Of a stretch of 64,000 bases of DNA, positions 14,350 to 27,244 are shown one piece after another. The stretch lies in NCBI RefSeq assembly GCF_009914755.1, contig NC_060925.1; one strand, given 5' to 3'. The notes under the pieces are model-generated. The model had not been told where the DNA came from. It searched no databases and was given only the letters and a program-made list of their open reading frames with translations. Position numbers and translations under genes: made by a program. The DNA comes from the human T2T-CHM13v2.0 reference genome, Homo sapiens. Position 1 is the first letter of the stretch. The number at the start of each line of letters is the position of its first letter.

Positions 14350-15160
14350 GGTTCTTGGATTTGGAAGGGCCTTAGAGGTCACCTAACTGACCAGTCTTCC
14401 ATCTCTCTAGCAATCCCTCTGCAATACCTTTGACAGGTTGCCATTCAGTCTCTGTCTGAACACTTTCAGTGATAAAGAACTCCACACTGTTGAATAGCAG
14501 ACTACTACTCATCCTTCAAGACCCTGATCAAATGTCATCTGCTCTGTGAGGCTTCTCCCAACTCAGCCAGGCATATCGGTTACTCCATAATTTGTGATCC
14601 CTCAGCACTTTACCCTCACTTCATCAGAACACATTATATTGGAATTTATCTTTTTCATCCATATCTGTCTCTCCCATTTGTCTCTGAGCATTTAAAGGAA
14701 GAGAGCCACATATTATTTATCTTTGTATCCTCAACTCTTACTGCAATACCTGACACTTAGATGGTGTTCCAATAATGATCGTTGACTATATAGATGAGTG
14801 TATTCTCTTAAGACCACTTACACCATATTTAAACAACTATAATTATTAGAAAATCCATCCTTACATCGAGCCTATGTCTTCTTTCCACACAATGGTCTTT
14901 ATTCTGCCATTAGACAAAGGGACAAAAGGACACATCAAATATCCATTATGTGCTAGACACTGTGCTTGACAAGTTTATAGAAAGTCCACTTATGGTTCCA
15001 TTAACTGTTCTTCCAATAGTTGCTGTCCTCATGATTCCCACAGACCTCTCCTGTGCAGTCTAACCCTCCACGGTCAGGCCCACAGTTTCTCAGCTGATGT
15101 GGCTTTAGGACCCTGGCTTTCCATTCACCCTGGTCTGGATGGGTTTATCATGAAGAAGCT
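14350..15160 (-). mobile_element. L3/CR1 LINE fragments interrupted by an L2
   Basis: TTGGAAGGGCCTTAGAGGTCACCTA...CTCTGTCTGAACACTTTCAGTGA; resumes after ~14810 with ACAACTATAATTATTAGAAATCC. Confidence 0.55.
14500..14795 (+). mobile_element. L2 3' end
   Basis: CTACTCATCCTTCAAGACC...CAAATGTCATCTGCTCTGTGAGGC...CCTGACACTTAG. Confidence 0.75.
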
Positions 15161-16299
15161 AAGGAAACCCAGAATCGTGTATTTAGTTCCACTTGCTGTC
15201 CTGATAATGCAATGTCTGCTGGAATAGCCTGTGACAGCTCCTCAGTTTCAGGCAGGGCAGATACAAAGGCTTTGGGAAAAGGTGAGCACTTTCCCTAAGT
15301 GCCAGCCACAGCACCTCAGCAGGCCAATGTTTCCTGATCTCCCTTCAAGCCAACTTCAAGGGAAGCTTCTGTTCAGCATCCTAGCTTATGAAACATTAAA
15401 CCTGAGAGCAAAGGGCCATATCCCACCCTCAGAAGATTATTATCAGTAGTGGCTCATCCTTAGTCCCAGGTTTTCCTTTGTAGATCAATCAACAACATTT
15501 AACTTCTAGTCTTGCCTGGACCTATCATCTATTAGAGTTTTAGTTATTTTCGAGTAGGAGATTTCTCTGCAAATACTGCTGCCAGGATATGCATATATCC
15601 ATGTATTTTAGCTCACCAGGTCTCTTCCCTCTGGAGAACACCAGGAATACCAGGGAGAGGTGGAATGAGAGGGCAAACTGACACTGAAAGCAAAGGCACA
15701 GATGTTCAAGTCAAACTTCACCTGGAGCCAACCCCTCTCTTCACTCTTGCAAAAACACACCCATCCAGCCAAGTGCATTTCTTTCTTGCCACCTCTAAAG
15801 ATGAATTTCTGATGATGACATATTTGATTTCAGTCACTGTCTTCACAGCTGAAAGTGAACTGCCCAGTAACTGTCTAACATTCTTTTCAAAGCCCACCAC
15901 AGCATTTCCTTCTCATCAGATATCCTATCAGGCTCTTGTTAGCTATACTGGCTTTCAACACATCCCTGTCCATGTCAGCTTAACCTTAATGCCTTTCTAC
16001 ATGCAAAGTGACCACTTGTGCTTTGGGCCCACCCTGTATCCTATAGAGGCTTCCATCCCAACAATTGATTGAAATTACTTACTTATACAACTGTCTCCCA
16101 CAAAATAGTCTATGAGCTTCTTGAGGGCAGGAACTTTACTTTGGCTTTGGTTTTGGCTTAGTATTTGCAGGATCCAGTATAATCTCTGACATGTAGGACA
16201 CACTCAGTCAGCACTGATAAACTCCTTTTAACAGTCCAAAAAAGTGGTGAGTCAATGTTTTTGATCTTATACCTCATGTCAGTGGCTTTGGAATTTGTA

Positions 16300-16452
16300 A
16301 AAAAAAAAACATCTGGGGAGCTTTTTAGAAATACACACCACAGATCTGTTGATTCTATTGTATTGATGGGACCTTGATACTTGCATTTGTAAATAAGTAA
16401 CCCAGATGATTCTGATGTGGGTGTTCTTCATTGCACATTTTGATAAATAGTG
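16300..16452. mobile_element. MER5-type hAT DNA transposon fragment
   Basis: CTGGGGAGCTTTTTAGAAATAC...TGCATTTGTAAATAAG...CCCAGATGATTCTGATG. Confidence 0.6.
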
Positions 16453-16642
16453 ATTAACCTGCAGCCTTCTTCCTCACCATATTCTGGGTTTAGGGTAATT
16501 TGCCATTTCATACTCATAAGATTATTAGCCTGGTAGATTGGTCACACATTGTAAATGCAGTAGATCTACCATTCAGCAAGGCATGAGAGAAAGTCTCTTA
16601 TGGGGTAGACACAATTAAGTAAATTAACAGCTGTTTAGATAC

Positions 16643-16965
16643 CATCAGTCAGGATAGGAGAGGCTATGCTGCAGTAACAATCAATCACAAAATCCCAGTG
16701 GCTTAATGTAACAAAAGTGTACTTCTTACCCAATGAACTTGGCAGAGGACTTGGTTTATGTGTAGTCACTCAGGGAGCCAGGAAGGTAGAAGTTCCACAT
16801 CAAAGTGTGCTTCCAGTGTCCCACAGAGGGGAGGAAAGGATGTGGCAAGTCCTGCACTGGCCCCAAGGCTTTGTCCTGGAAGTGACATATGCTCACACTT
16901 CGTTATGCAAAGCAAGTCCTGTGACCACACCCAAGGAGAGGATAGCACGAATGCTAACCAATACC
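16643..16965 (-). mobile_element. Old MLT1 (K/L-like) LTR
   Basis: TCAGTCAGGATAGG..GGCTATGCTGCAGTAACAA...AATCCCAGTGGCTTAA. Confidence 0.65.
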
Positions 16966-17864
16966 AGTAATGATGACCCAAACACTCACGTCCAATATGA
17001 AACCAGAGAAAGGTGTTAGAGAACCTGGCACAAAGTAGATGCTCTGATAAAAATATTTATCAGACCAAAAAAAAAAAAGAGAAAATGTGGCCCTTGTGTG
17101 GGGAAAAAACTATCACTATCTTTCTGCTTGCAAAGCTGGTTATATTCTGTTTTAACATATATTAAAATGTATGTTCTATGTTATTGAGTGGAAGAGCCAT
17201 AGATTACAGAACAGCTATTGGTATGATTATGAACTAATTTAGAAAAAGTTATGGGTGTACACATACACACAAGGCATAGTTATATGTTACATAACAAGAA
17301 TTAAGTGTCTGAAACCATGTTCCACCAAATGTTATTAATGTATTATTTCAATATGATGGGCTTTTAAGTAACTTTTAAAATTTTATTTTTCTTATGTTGT
17401 TTGACATACTGTCAGTAAGCATGATAATCAGAAACAAACAGTAAAGTAACTTCTGTTTTGAGAAAAGAATATACAAATGCTCATTGCAAGGGAATAAAGT
17501 AGGCAATACTAATGAAAACATGCATGGCAGGAAATGAAAATAATTAGTATATGTTCTGAAATAAGAGCAAGTTTATAGAGTGACCTAAGATACAAAGCTG
17601 TCTGTCGAGGAATATTCTGTGGAGTACATAGAGAAAAATCTGACATGTCCATCATAAAATAAAGTGATGCTCCCAGAACAACATGCGCTTGTGAAAAGGA
17701 CACAGGGGGTAGTTGGAAGAAGCTCCTCATAGCCAAATCTGGAATAATTTAAACATCACAATTAATAACGATAGTAATGGGTTATAACTCATTGAATACA
17801 ATAAGAATCAGAGAAACTATTGGAGGCTCTTTCAACTTCAGCACTCACTAGAGATGTATTCATG

Positions 17865-18615
17865 GAGTAAGTTCTCAGTCCTCATATTACTTGATTTATC
17901 AGCAGCATTCAACAGAGTAGATCCCACCCTCCTCTTTTAAGTATTTTTATTCTGACCTTCCAGAACACAACACTCTCCTGGCTTTCCTTCCACCTCATTG
18001 GCTCCTTTTTCTCAATCCCCTTTTCTGTTTCTTCCTCCTCTCCTCATATTCAACACTGGAGTCCCCCCAGGATTTAGTCCTTGGTCTTCTACCTGCATTC
18101 TCTCCACTGGTGATCTCATACAACCTCGTTGCTTTAAATACCACTGATATGTTGCTAACTCCCCAATCTGTATCTATCACCCAAGCTGCGCTCCTGTACA
18201 GCAGATTTGTATATCCAACTGGCTACATAACATCTGCAGTTGGACACTCAATGGACATTTCAAATCTAATATGTTCAAAAATGACTACCAGATCTTCCCC
18301 AAAAACCCACTTCACCTTCATCCTTCCCCCATTTTAATTAATGTCATCCTTCCAGTTACTGAAGCCAAAACCCTGGAGTCTTCCATGACTCCTCTCCTTC
18401 TTTCCCCATCCAGTCTTGCAGGAGATTCTGCTGGTTTTGCCTTCAAATATATCCAGAAGCCAGCTATTGTATCATGTTCTTCCTTGCTACCACTGGTTAT
18501 TTCCTCTGCCTGGAATGCCCAGACAACCACAGGTCTAAATCCCTCACTTCTTTAAATTTTTGCTCAAAAGCCATCTTCTTAATAGAGTGTATCTAGACTA
18601 CTTTGGTTAAAAATG
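17865..18615 (+). mobile_element. L2 LINE ORF2/3' fragment
   Basis: TCAGTCCTCATATTACTTGATTTATCAGCAGCATT, ACACTCTCCTGGCTTTCC and TATATCCAACTG motifs. Confidence 0.85.
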
Positions 18616-18621
18616 CAATTC

Positions 18622-18705
18622 AGCCAGGCACAGTGGTGCATGCCTGTAATCCCAGCTACTCAGGGAGTTGAGGTGGGAGGCTCTCAAGAGCCCAGGAAAT
18701 CCAAG
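18622..18705 (+). mobile_element. FLAM/old Alu monomer fragment
   Basis: GCCAGGCACAGTGGTGCATGCCTGTAATCCCAGCTACTC...GAGCCCAGGA; 3' part and tail absent. Confidence 0.8.
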
Positions 18706-20245
18706 ATTTCCACCTGAATCAGCTTGATATGAGAGCCCGCACTCATGACACCATACTTACTTTAACTTCAATCTGTGCAAACACTGCAAATGTCATGATT
18801 TGTCTATGCACACAGAAGAATCAACAAAAATTAGAACATTTCTTACCTGCTTTTATTTCTAAAAGAGTAGAAGAGGATGTCTAGAATTGCAGGAAAATAG
18901 ACCTGTAGGAGTGTTTGGAGACCTTAAAAATAAGGAAATCAAGTACCAAGGACGTTAATGGACTTCCCTAAGTTGCATGGTTGGAACTAGACCTAAGAGC
19001 TGGTTCAGAGCTATTTCCACCTCACCCACCTAAGCCAGTGCTTCTTCACATCCTTGGTGTGCCTGTGCAGCCATGCTAGACTATCTCCTCTCAGCTCCCC
19101 TTTCCCTCAGGGCAAAGAGCACCAATCTTTTCAATTTTCTTCTAGGGTACTTATCCAAGCCTTTAATCATTTGCACAGGCTCTTCTTAAAATTTTTTAAA
19201 TCTTTAGTCTCTGAAGCCCAACTATGAAGCAGTTTCATATAAAGAGTGATTCTTGAATTAGGAAAGACATAAACATGCATCTGCTCGTGGGCAGCTGTGA
19301 TGAGGTAAGACGGCATGATCACTGCCTCCCCCAGGTCATCTTGCCTGGTAAGGGTCAGTGGGCATAAGGGCTGGGCCAGTCAGGAGGAGTGGGAGGAAAA
19401 CTGAAATCTTAATTTCCAAAGAGCCTGGGGGAATAAAGCTGCCTGCAAAAAAAATGTGATCCTTGCAAAGATAAGAAGGATAGAGATGATTCAATAAAAC
19501 TACTAGCTTGCTATAAAACATTTGCCTACTCTGTTTTCTACCCAGTTTCCTCCTGACACATATTCATAAGGTTCCCCACCTTTGAATGTGCACAATACAC
19601 AGAAATACACAATCAGCTGCTATTATTATCGTCATAACATGTTTCATCTCAAGGTTTTTGAAAATTGCTCTCAATGCACTGCGTTTAGCTGGACATCCAT
19701 TATTGACTGACAGACACGTTCATACACATTTGCCCACTATCCCTCCAGCCTTCCTCATCTCACCCCGGTAGAAAACCACTTGACAATGAAGATGTGGAGT
19801 TCAGTTCAACTCTACACCTACACCAAAGAGAAATGGATGTAACCATCCAATAGTTAGTAGAAGGGTCCCTGAACTAAAGATCATGAGATGCAAGCTTCCT
19901 TTGCTCACCTCCTAAAATTTTGTGACCTCAAGCAATCATTCCACCACCTCAAGTCTCACCTGCTTCTAATGTAAAATAAGGATGATAATAAAACTTTGCC
20001 TACCTGAGGGCAGGTGGCTAGGTCAAATAAGATGGTTTTATGAATCTCTTCTTGGTCCACAGTTCATTTACTTAGTCAAAAATATTTACCAAACTCCATA
20101 TAGGTGCCAGGGGTGTTGGGAAATGCATCAGTGAACAATCCTGATGAAGCTCCATCTATCTGCAAGGTAGGAGGCAGAGCACTAGAAGGAAAAGTGAAGT
20201 CAGGAAGGGGATAAAGAGCAATAAAGGGGAGGGAGTGCTATTCTT

Positions 20246-21358
20246 TATGTGTATATATATATATTTTTATATACATATATATGTATACTTTAAGTTCTAG
20301 GGTACATGTGCACAACACGCAGGTTTGATACATAGGTATACATGTGCCATGTTGGTTTGCTGCACCCATCAACTCATCATTTACATTAGGTATTTATCCT
20401 AACGCTATCCCTCCCCCAGGCTTCAACCCCCCAACAGGCCCCAGTGTGGGTGTGTGATGTTTCCTGCCCTGTGTCCAAGTGATCTCATTGTTCAATTCCC
20501 ACCTATGAGTGAGAACATGCGGTGTTTGATTTTCTGTCCTTGTGATAGTCTGCTGAGAATGACAGTTTCCAGCTTCATCCATGTCCCTGCAAAGGACATG
20601 AACTCATCTTTTTTATGGCTGCATAGTATTCCATGGTGTATATGTGCCACATTTTCTTAATCCAGTCTATCATTGATGGACATTTGGTTTGGTTCCAAGT
20701 CTTTGCTATTGTGAATAGTGCCACAATAAACATACATGTGCATGTGTCTTTATACTAGCATGATTTATAATCCTTTGGGTATATAACCAGTAATGGGATT
20801 GCTGGGTCAAATGGTAATTCTAGTTCTAGATCCTTGAGGAATCGCCACACTGTGTTCGGCAATGGTTGAGCTAATTTACACTCCCACCAACAGTGTAAAA
20901 GCATTCCTATTTCTCCACATCCTCTCCAGCGTCTGTTGTTTCCTGACTTTTTAATGATCACCATTCTAACTGGCGTGAGATGATATCTCATTGTGATTTT
21001 GATTTGCATTTCTCTATCCAGTGATCATGAGCATTTTTTCATGTGTCTGTTGGCTGCATAGATGTCTTCTTTTGAGAAGTGTCTGTTCCTTTCCTTTGCC
21101 CACTTTTTGATGGAGTTGTTTGTTTTTTTCTTGTAAATTTGTTTGAGTTCTTTGTAGATGCTGGATATTAGCCCTTTGTCAGATGGGTAGGTTGCAAAAA
21201 TTTTCTCCCATTCTGTAAGTTGTCTGTTCACTCTGATGGTAGTTTCTTTTGCTGTGCAGAAGCTCTTTAGTTTAATTAGATCCCATTTGTCTATTTTGGC
21301 TTTTGTTGTCATTGGTTTTGGTGTTTTAGTCATGAAGTCCTTGCCCATGCCTATGTCC
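20246..21358 (-). mobile_element. L1PA (about PA5-PA7) 5'-truncated LINE-1, ~1.1 kb, inserted in an L2
   Basis: ORFs 21025..21360 and 20755..21009 translate as the L1 ORF2p C-terminus ([27 protein letters not shown]); 15-bp TSD GGGAGTGCTATTCTT at 20231-20245 and 21368-21382; tail decayed to (TA)n. Confidence 0.96.
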
Positions 21359-22134
21359 ATAGCCTATGGGAGTGCTATTCTTAATAAAGTAGTCAGGAAA
21401 GGCCTCCCTGATATAAGTTCACTTGAACTATGTGGATACTTTGGAGAAAAGCATTCCAGGAAGTGGGAAGAACAAGTACATTCTCTGAGTTTATGAGCTC
21501 CACTCTGCACATTTTTAAAGAGACAAGAGGTCTCCCAAAATCCTGCCTCCTTTAGAAGCACTAGCAGCGTGAGGGCCTGGCCAGCTCTATTGCGGAAAAG
21601 CCAAGCACTGAGAACTGGGGGAAAGGGATAACTTGTTTTTTTGCTCACCTCTTCCAGGATCAGCTGGAACGTAGCCACCAGTCTGTGGGCAGGGATTTTC
21701 CCAGAGCCCAGCTTCAAATGAGCCCTCTTTGTTCTAGCAAGTGTCTCATGAAGAGAGCCCTGGAAACAGCTTCACCATTCCCTTTCAGCTCCTTGGAGGA
21801 CAACAACCCTTTTACAGCAACTCAGAAAACGTCCCACTGGTTACTCCCATCTTGGTCCTGGGATCACATTCATTTACTGTAGGACAAACCTGAAGCTTGT
21901 CCCCCTAAGTGGCCTTAGCAGGCAGAGCACTTGGTGTTATTGGAAGGAAATAAGCAAATAACAAGCAGAAAAATCGTGCTCCAAAATGCCTTCACAGGCC
22001 TGCTTAGAGGAATGTCTACAATGTCCACGATGTATCACTCTTTTAAAGTAAAACTGAAGTCCCATTCCATTTTTAAAAATACAAACATGGTACGTTGGTG
22101 ATAACACATTCGAATGTTATCTGCCTTTAATGCT

Positions 22135-22490
22135 TGTAGTGGGTTGAATCACAGCTTCTCCCAAAAGATGTCCACATCCTATCCCCAGAACCTACAAATG
22201 TGTGACAAGTGCCCTTGTAAGTGAGAAAAAAGGAAAATACATGCACAGAGCGAAGGACACGTGAAGATGGAGGCAGAGACTGGAATAATGCAACCACAAA
22301 CCAAGGAGCGCCTGGAGCCACCAGAAGCTGGACGAGGCAAGAAAAGATCCTTCCCTCGAACCTTCAGTCTCAGCCCCTGCCCACATCGCGATGTCAGAAT
22401 GCTGCCGTCCACACGTGTGAGAGTTACATTTCTGTTGTAAGACACTGAGAGTGTGGCAATGCGTTGCAGCAGCCCCAAGAAACTAATACA
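22135..22490 (+). mobile_element. MLT1B/C MaLR solo LTR with internal deletion
   Basis: TGTAGTGGGTTGAAT...GTGAAGATGGAGGCAGAGACTGGA...CCACCAGAAGCTGG...AAACTAATACA; TG..CA ends. Confidence 0.88.
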
Positions 22491-23924
22491 ACACCTTAGA
22501 ATTTGTTTATTATATTAGCTTCTGCTGCTTTCCTGGACCTCAAAGCTCTGGGGCCTGGTCCCCCTCATATTTTATAGGGAAGGGAACAGGAGCAGGAGGA
22601 AATGTTGGACACAGGGAGAGTGAAGAGCAGACCCAGGGGGCACACTGATGTGGCAGAGGGGCCACATCAGAACACTCTGGGGGACAGGGGAATGTTGGCA
22701 CTGGGGTGAGTAGGGCAAAGAGGAGTAGGAAGGGCCAGCAACAGGGCATTTGAGGGGTGATGATGGCCAACCCCAGAGACTGCACCCTGGCCTTGATGTT
22801 CTTGTGGTTTTATGTCACTGCAGGTTCCAGCCCACGGCTCAGAGAAGCAGACTGCTTCCCGGAAAGGGCTCCAGGTCTCCCCAAAGGAGCAGCCAGTCCA
22901 ACATAACCTCTGCAGAGAAGGCTCTGGGCTGAACAAAAAGGTGGATTAAAAGCTTTCTCAGGTTGCATTTCTCTAAAGTGCAAGCTTGAAGAACCATCCG
23001 ACTTGTGCTCCAAGGCAAATTCACAGCTGTTGGCTTCAGATGAAGAAGTCACAGGCAACCCAAACCTGGTTGGAAAGACAGTTTGCCTCTGATTTGTCAC
23101 ACAGGGAATGCTCCAGGGACCGGGAAGAAGTGTCTGAACTAGCAGGCTGGCGCACATCCAACTAGGAGTAGGAACACACACAAATCCCAGGCAGCTGACG
23201 GTTAAAATGTCTTGCCTGAATTCCTTTTCTTTGCCGAATTTGATGGCAGTGATCAAGCAGCCTCCTTGGGAAGCACCTTGAGGATACAGGGGGAAAGAAA
23301 GCTTCCTTTGGGGTTTCCAAAACACTCCCCTTTCATGCTTGTTTTCACTTAGTCATTGCCTCCCTCCTGGCCTCCGGCACCAGAGCCTGCATCCTGCCTG
23401 CCCCAGGTAACCGGAGCCCTGAGTGTGCACAAAGCACCACTATGCCAGAGTGATGTTATCAGGCAGGCTGGCCTGCTCCACACGGCAAGACAGCGGCTGA
23501 GCCAGGGTGGCCGGGCCCAAGCTGAAACAGGACTCCCATGCTGCTGAGCGAGGACAGAGTGGCCTTTGTGCGGGACAAATCATATTTAGGCCCATTCCTT
23601 ATTAACATTGCAGTCATCAGAGCATTTTCTTTCCTGACTTCCAGCTCCAAAACCCTGCATAGGATTGTGTAGGATGTGGCTCAGCCCTGGAGTTGACATT
23701 GGGTGGAAAGGACGATGTGACTCTTCTCAGCTTCAATTTTTGGAGTCCATCAGAACACTGAGTGCACAATTATACATGAAGAGCAGCAAGCCTTGTGGCC
23801 AAACCACAAAACTTGACTGGAAGCTTGATATAGACTAGAAAAGATCTGGTCATCACAGAGAGAAATCATATCTTTTGCAGGAGTGAGAGCAGATTTGGGA
23901 ACCATACAACCCTGGATATATATT

Positions 23925-24110
23925 TGCACCCTACCACAAACCTGCTGTGTGCCTTTGGGCAAGTCTCTTGACATCTCTGAGCTTCAGTGTTCTCATCTGT
24001 AAAATGCAGACAATAGTACCTACTTGCTAGTGTTGATGTGATGATTACAGACAGTAAATGCAGACAAATTAGCACATGGTAGATGCTCAAAAAATAGTAG
24101 CTTTAGTATT
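23925..24110 (+). mobile_element. MIR SINE
   Basis: TTTGGGCAAGTC...CTCTGAGCTTCAGTGTTCTCATCTGTAAAATG. Confidence 0.8.
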
Positions 24111-25363
24111 AAATGGATTTTCTGTGCCCTTTCCCACCGCCAAACTATTAGAATACATCTCAGTAGCCCTATCACATAGATTAATATACATCTTAAGGTC
24201 TTAACAATGTACAGTGTAGAATTTGGCCCAAATCAGAAGAAAATCAGCAAATAAACCGACAATAAATCAAAGCCAGACATGTAATACCATAGCCCTTTTA
24301 ATGATACTAAACCACACCCATGTTTCATGAGCAGTGCCACATCCAGAAAGAATACTGCTGCACAAAAGCATGAGAATTTGCTCTTTGAGGTTTCCAATCT
24401 CCCACCTGCAACTCCATTGATGGCCCACATTGATTGTGCCCCTCCTTAGGCAAGGTCTGGTAGGGGGGCCCTGAAGATACAACCATCAGGGAGCTTAGTT
24501 TGGCCTGGAGTGAAATAAAGCAGGATAACAAACTGGCAAAGAGTTCAGCCGGGGAGAACAGACAGCCCCTGCCAATCCTTGCTTGTCACACTCACCAGCT
24601 GTGTGATTTGGGGCATGTCATGTTGCCCCTCTAGACCTCAGAGGCCTTATCAATAAAGTGGCAATAACAAAGCACCTCTCTCATGAATAGATGTAAGAAT
24701 GCAAATGGCCTGGTACATAGATCGCAGGAAATATTTTCTGAACTAGTGACTTGCTGTTGAGAAGTTTAGGCTGGGAAGAAGAAATAAGCCAATGAAGGAC
24801 ATAATTGGAGGCAAGAGATGTTTTTGGCACCCTCTGATCACGCTGGGTAGGCAGGAGGCAGAGTGCTCCCCCAGAGACCTTCTGTGCACTTTGGAGAGGA
24901 AGATGAGGCCACGTCAAAGTTTGAATAAGTAGTGAAGGCACATTACACTGGAGAAAAGGCAATGGAAAGGAGGTGACATTTGTGTATTGCCTGGTATATT
25001 CAGGCCAGTGCTAGGGGCTTTACCTATGCTATAGTGTTTAAGTCTTACAACAACCCTATTAACCCTCTTAAACCCATATGGAAATTTGGGAAAACTGAGT
25101 TGCAGAGATATTAAGTAATATTAACAATTATTGAACATATATCGTGTGCTCTATTGATGATTTCATAATCATTTTCTTTTAAAGAGCCTAATGGCCCAAT
25201 AAGTAAGATATTTCCATAAAAATCTAACATAAAGCACAAAAGGTTTAATAACCTGCCCTGGATTTTTCAGTTGATAAAGGAAGAGCCAAGATCCAAAATC
25301 AGAGACCGTCTGGCAGCAAATGCCAGGTGCTGCGAATCTCTCACCGCGCACCACCCATGAAAC

Positions 25364-25551
25364 CACTGGTTCTCAATATTTGATGTGCATCAGAATTACT
25401 GGTTGAGTGTTTTGGAATCTCAGATGATCAGATCCATCAGACCTCCTCTAGAACTTACCACATCAGAGCCTCAGGGGTCTGGGCTCAAGTTAGTGTGTTT
25501 TGTAAATGTTTCATAGGGCATTTTGCACTTGACAAGTATGGAGAATCACTT
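25364..25551. mobile_element. MER5-type hAT DNA transposon
   Basis: Ends CACTGGTTCTCAA and GAGAATCACT; internal GCATCAGAATTACTGG. Confidence 0.7.
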
Positions 25552-26301
25552 CACAAACTATAAGGAGTTTTCGTACACTCTCTGGTTTTCTTATGCTCTG
25601 CTCTCGCCGGGCACATTCTGAGGAAAATGGTTCCCATACCTGTGGCCAGGGCAGACTTGCTTTGTCAAGCCTAGAGGCCACCTGGTAAGCATGGGAACTA
25701 GCCTAACTCTGGGAGAGGTCAGCTGGGCATCCTAGGCAGCTCACTGCTCCTTTTGTCTTAACTGTTACTTTCCTTGAAGAAATAACATAGCAAGAAGCAG
25801 ATGGGGGTTGGTAGGAATCCTCCATGACTATTTTTTTATGTTCTTCTACAACTTTGCTTATTTGTTATTTGATTAAATAACAATATTGTTATTTAGTCAA
25901 AATCCTAGGGCAGATATTCCTTTATTCCATTTTTATCACAAGGTATGAATAGTTTCCTGTATTTTAATTTTTCCATGTCTTTTCATAAGCTTTATAATTA
26001 TATATTTGTACTTGTAAAATATCTCTCTCAGTGGAAAGGCCATAATGTAGTTAACTTTTTCTCTATTGTTGGGCATGTGGGCTGTTCCTAATTTTTTAGT
26101 ATTATGGATAATATTGACGTAAATAGCTACCCATGCAATTTCAATTCCTTCCTTCCCTCCTTGCTTCCTTCCCTTCTTCCTCCCTTTCTAGCAACCATCG
26201 ACAACAGCTGCTTAACATCCACTATCAACAGGTTCTACACTAGACATTGGGTAAAAATCTGAAAAGGACCCAGCTCTAGCCTTAAAGAAGTTTATTGTCT
26301 G

Positions 26302-26598
<297 letters not shown>

Positions 26599-27244
26599 GT
26601 GTATTGTCTAAAGGAAAATGGAGAAAACAAGAAAATTTTAAAAGTACTTATATTAAAACACAATGAGTCTGCTAAAAGATGTTTGGTGAAACAAGGAGAG
26701 CTGGACAAGAAGGTCAGCACTAACCATTCCACCCAGAGTGTTGGTGGTAAGTGGGGCAGGGACAACTTCCCAAAGGAGGGAGCTTTGCAGCCAGGTCCTG
26801 GGAGAGCCTGTGATAAGGGAAAGTGGACTGAGTGATGGTTTGGGTTTGGTTTCATTTCAGATGAGCCTTTAGGCCACCTTTCCCACTCATGTTAGAAGTG
26901 ATCCTCCTACTGGCAACGATTGTAGGCCAGCAGTTCCAAGTCCTCTGTGAGAAGAGCCTCCGTGTTCCCTTCACATCACACCTGAACAGAGACTCACCCA
27001 CCGTCTCCTATGGCTGGGTTGAGCCCTTATGGCTGTTTGGATCCCCTTCTTGCTGTGAAGGATCCATGTATGCTTTTATAAAACTTTCTCATGGCTAAAA
27101 TTCCCCGGGACATAGCTGGTTAGGACACTTAGAGAATTTCATCCTTCATTAAAGCTCAGCTCAAATCACATCTCCTCAGCCAAGCCTTCTTCAACCCCAG
27201 CAGACTATAATAACCCAGCGTCTACACAGTACACGTGGCCAGAG

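Noticed and set aside
17043-17064. Short inverted repeats (also 28756-28787)
   Set aside because: Arms of 9-10 bp are expected by chance in 64 kb.
20755-21360. ORFs with real protein similarity
   Set aside because: Broken C-terminal fragments of L1 ORF2p in a 5'-truncated dead copy.
22810-23325. 171-aa minus-strand ORF
   Set aside because: Non-ATG start, no recognisable domain, and a length attainable by chance.
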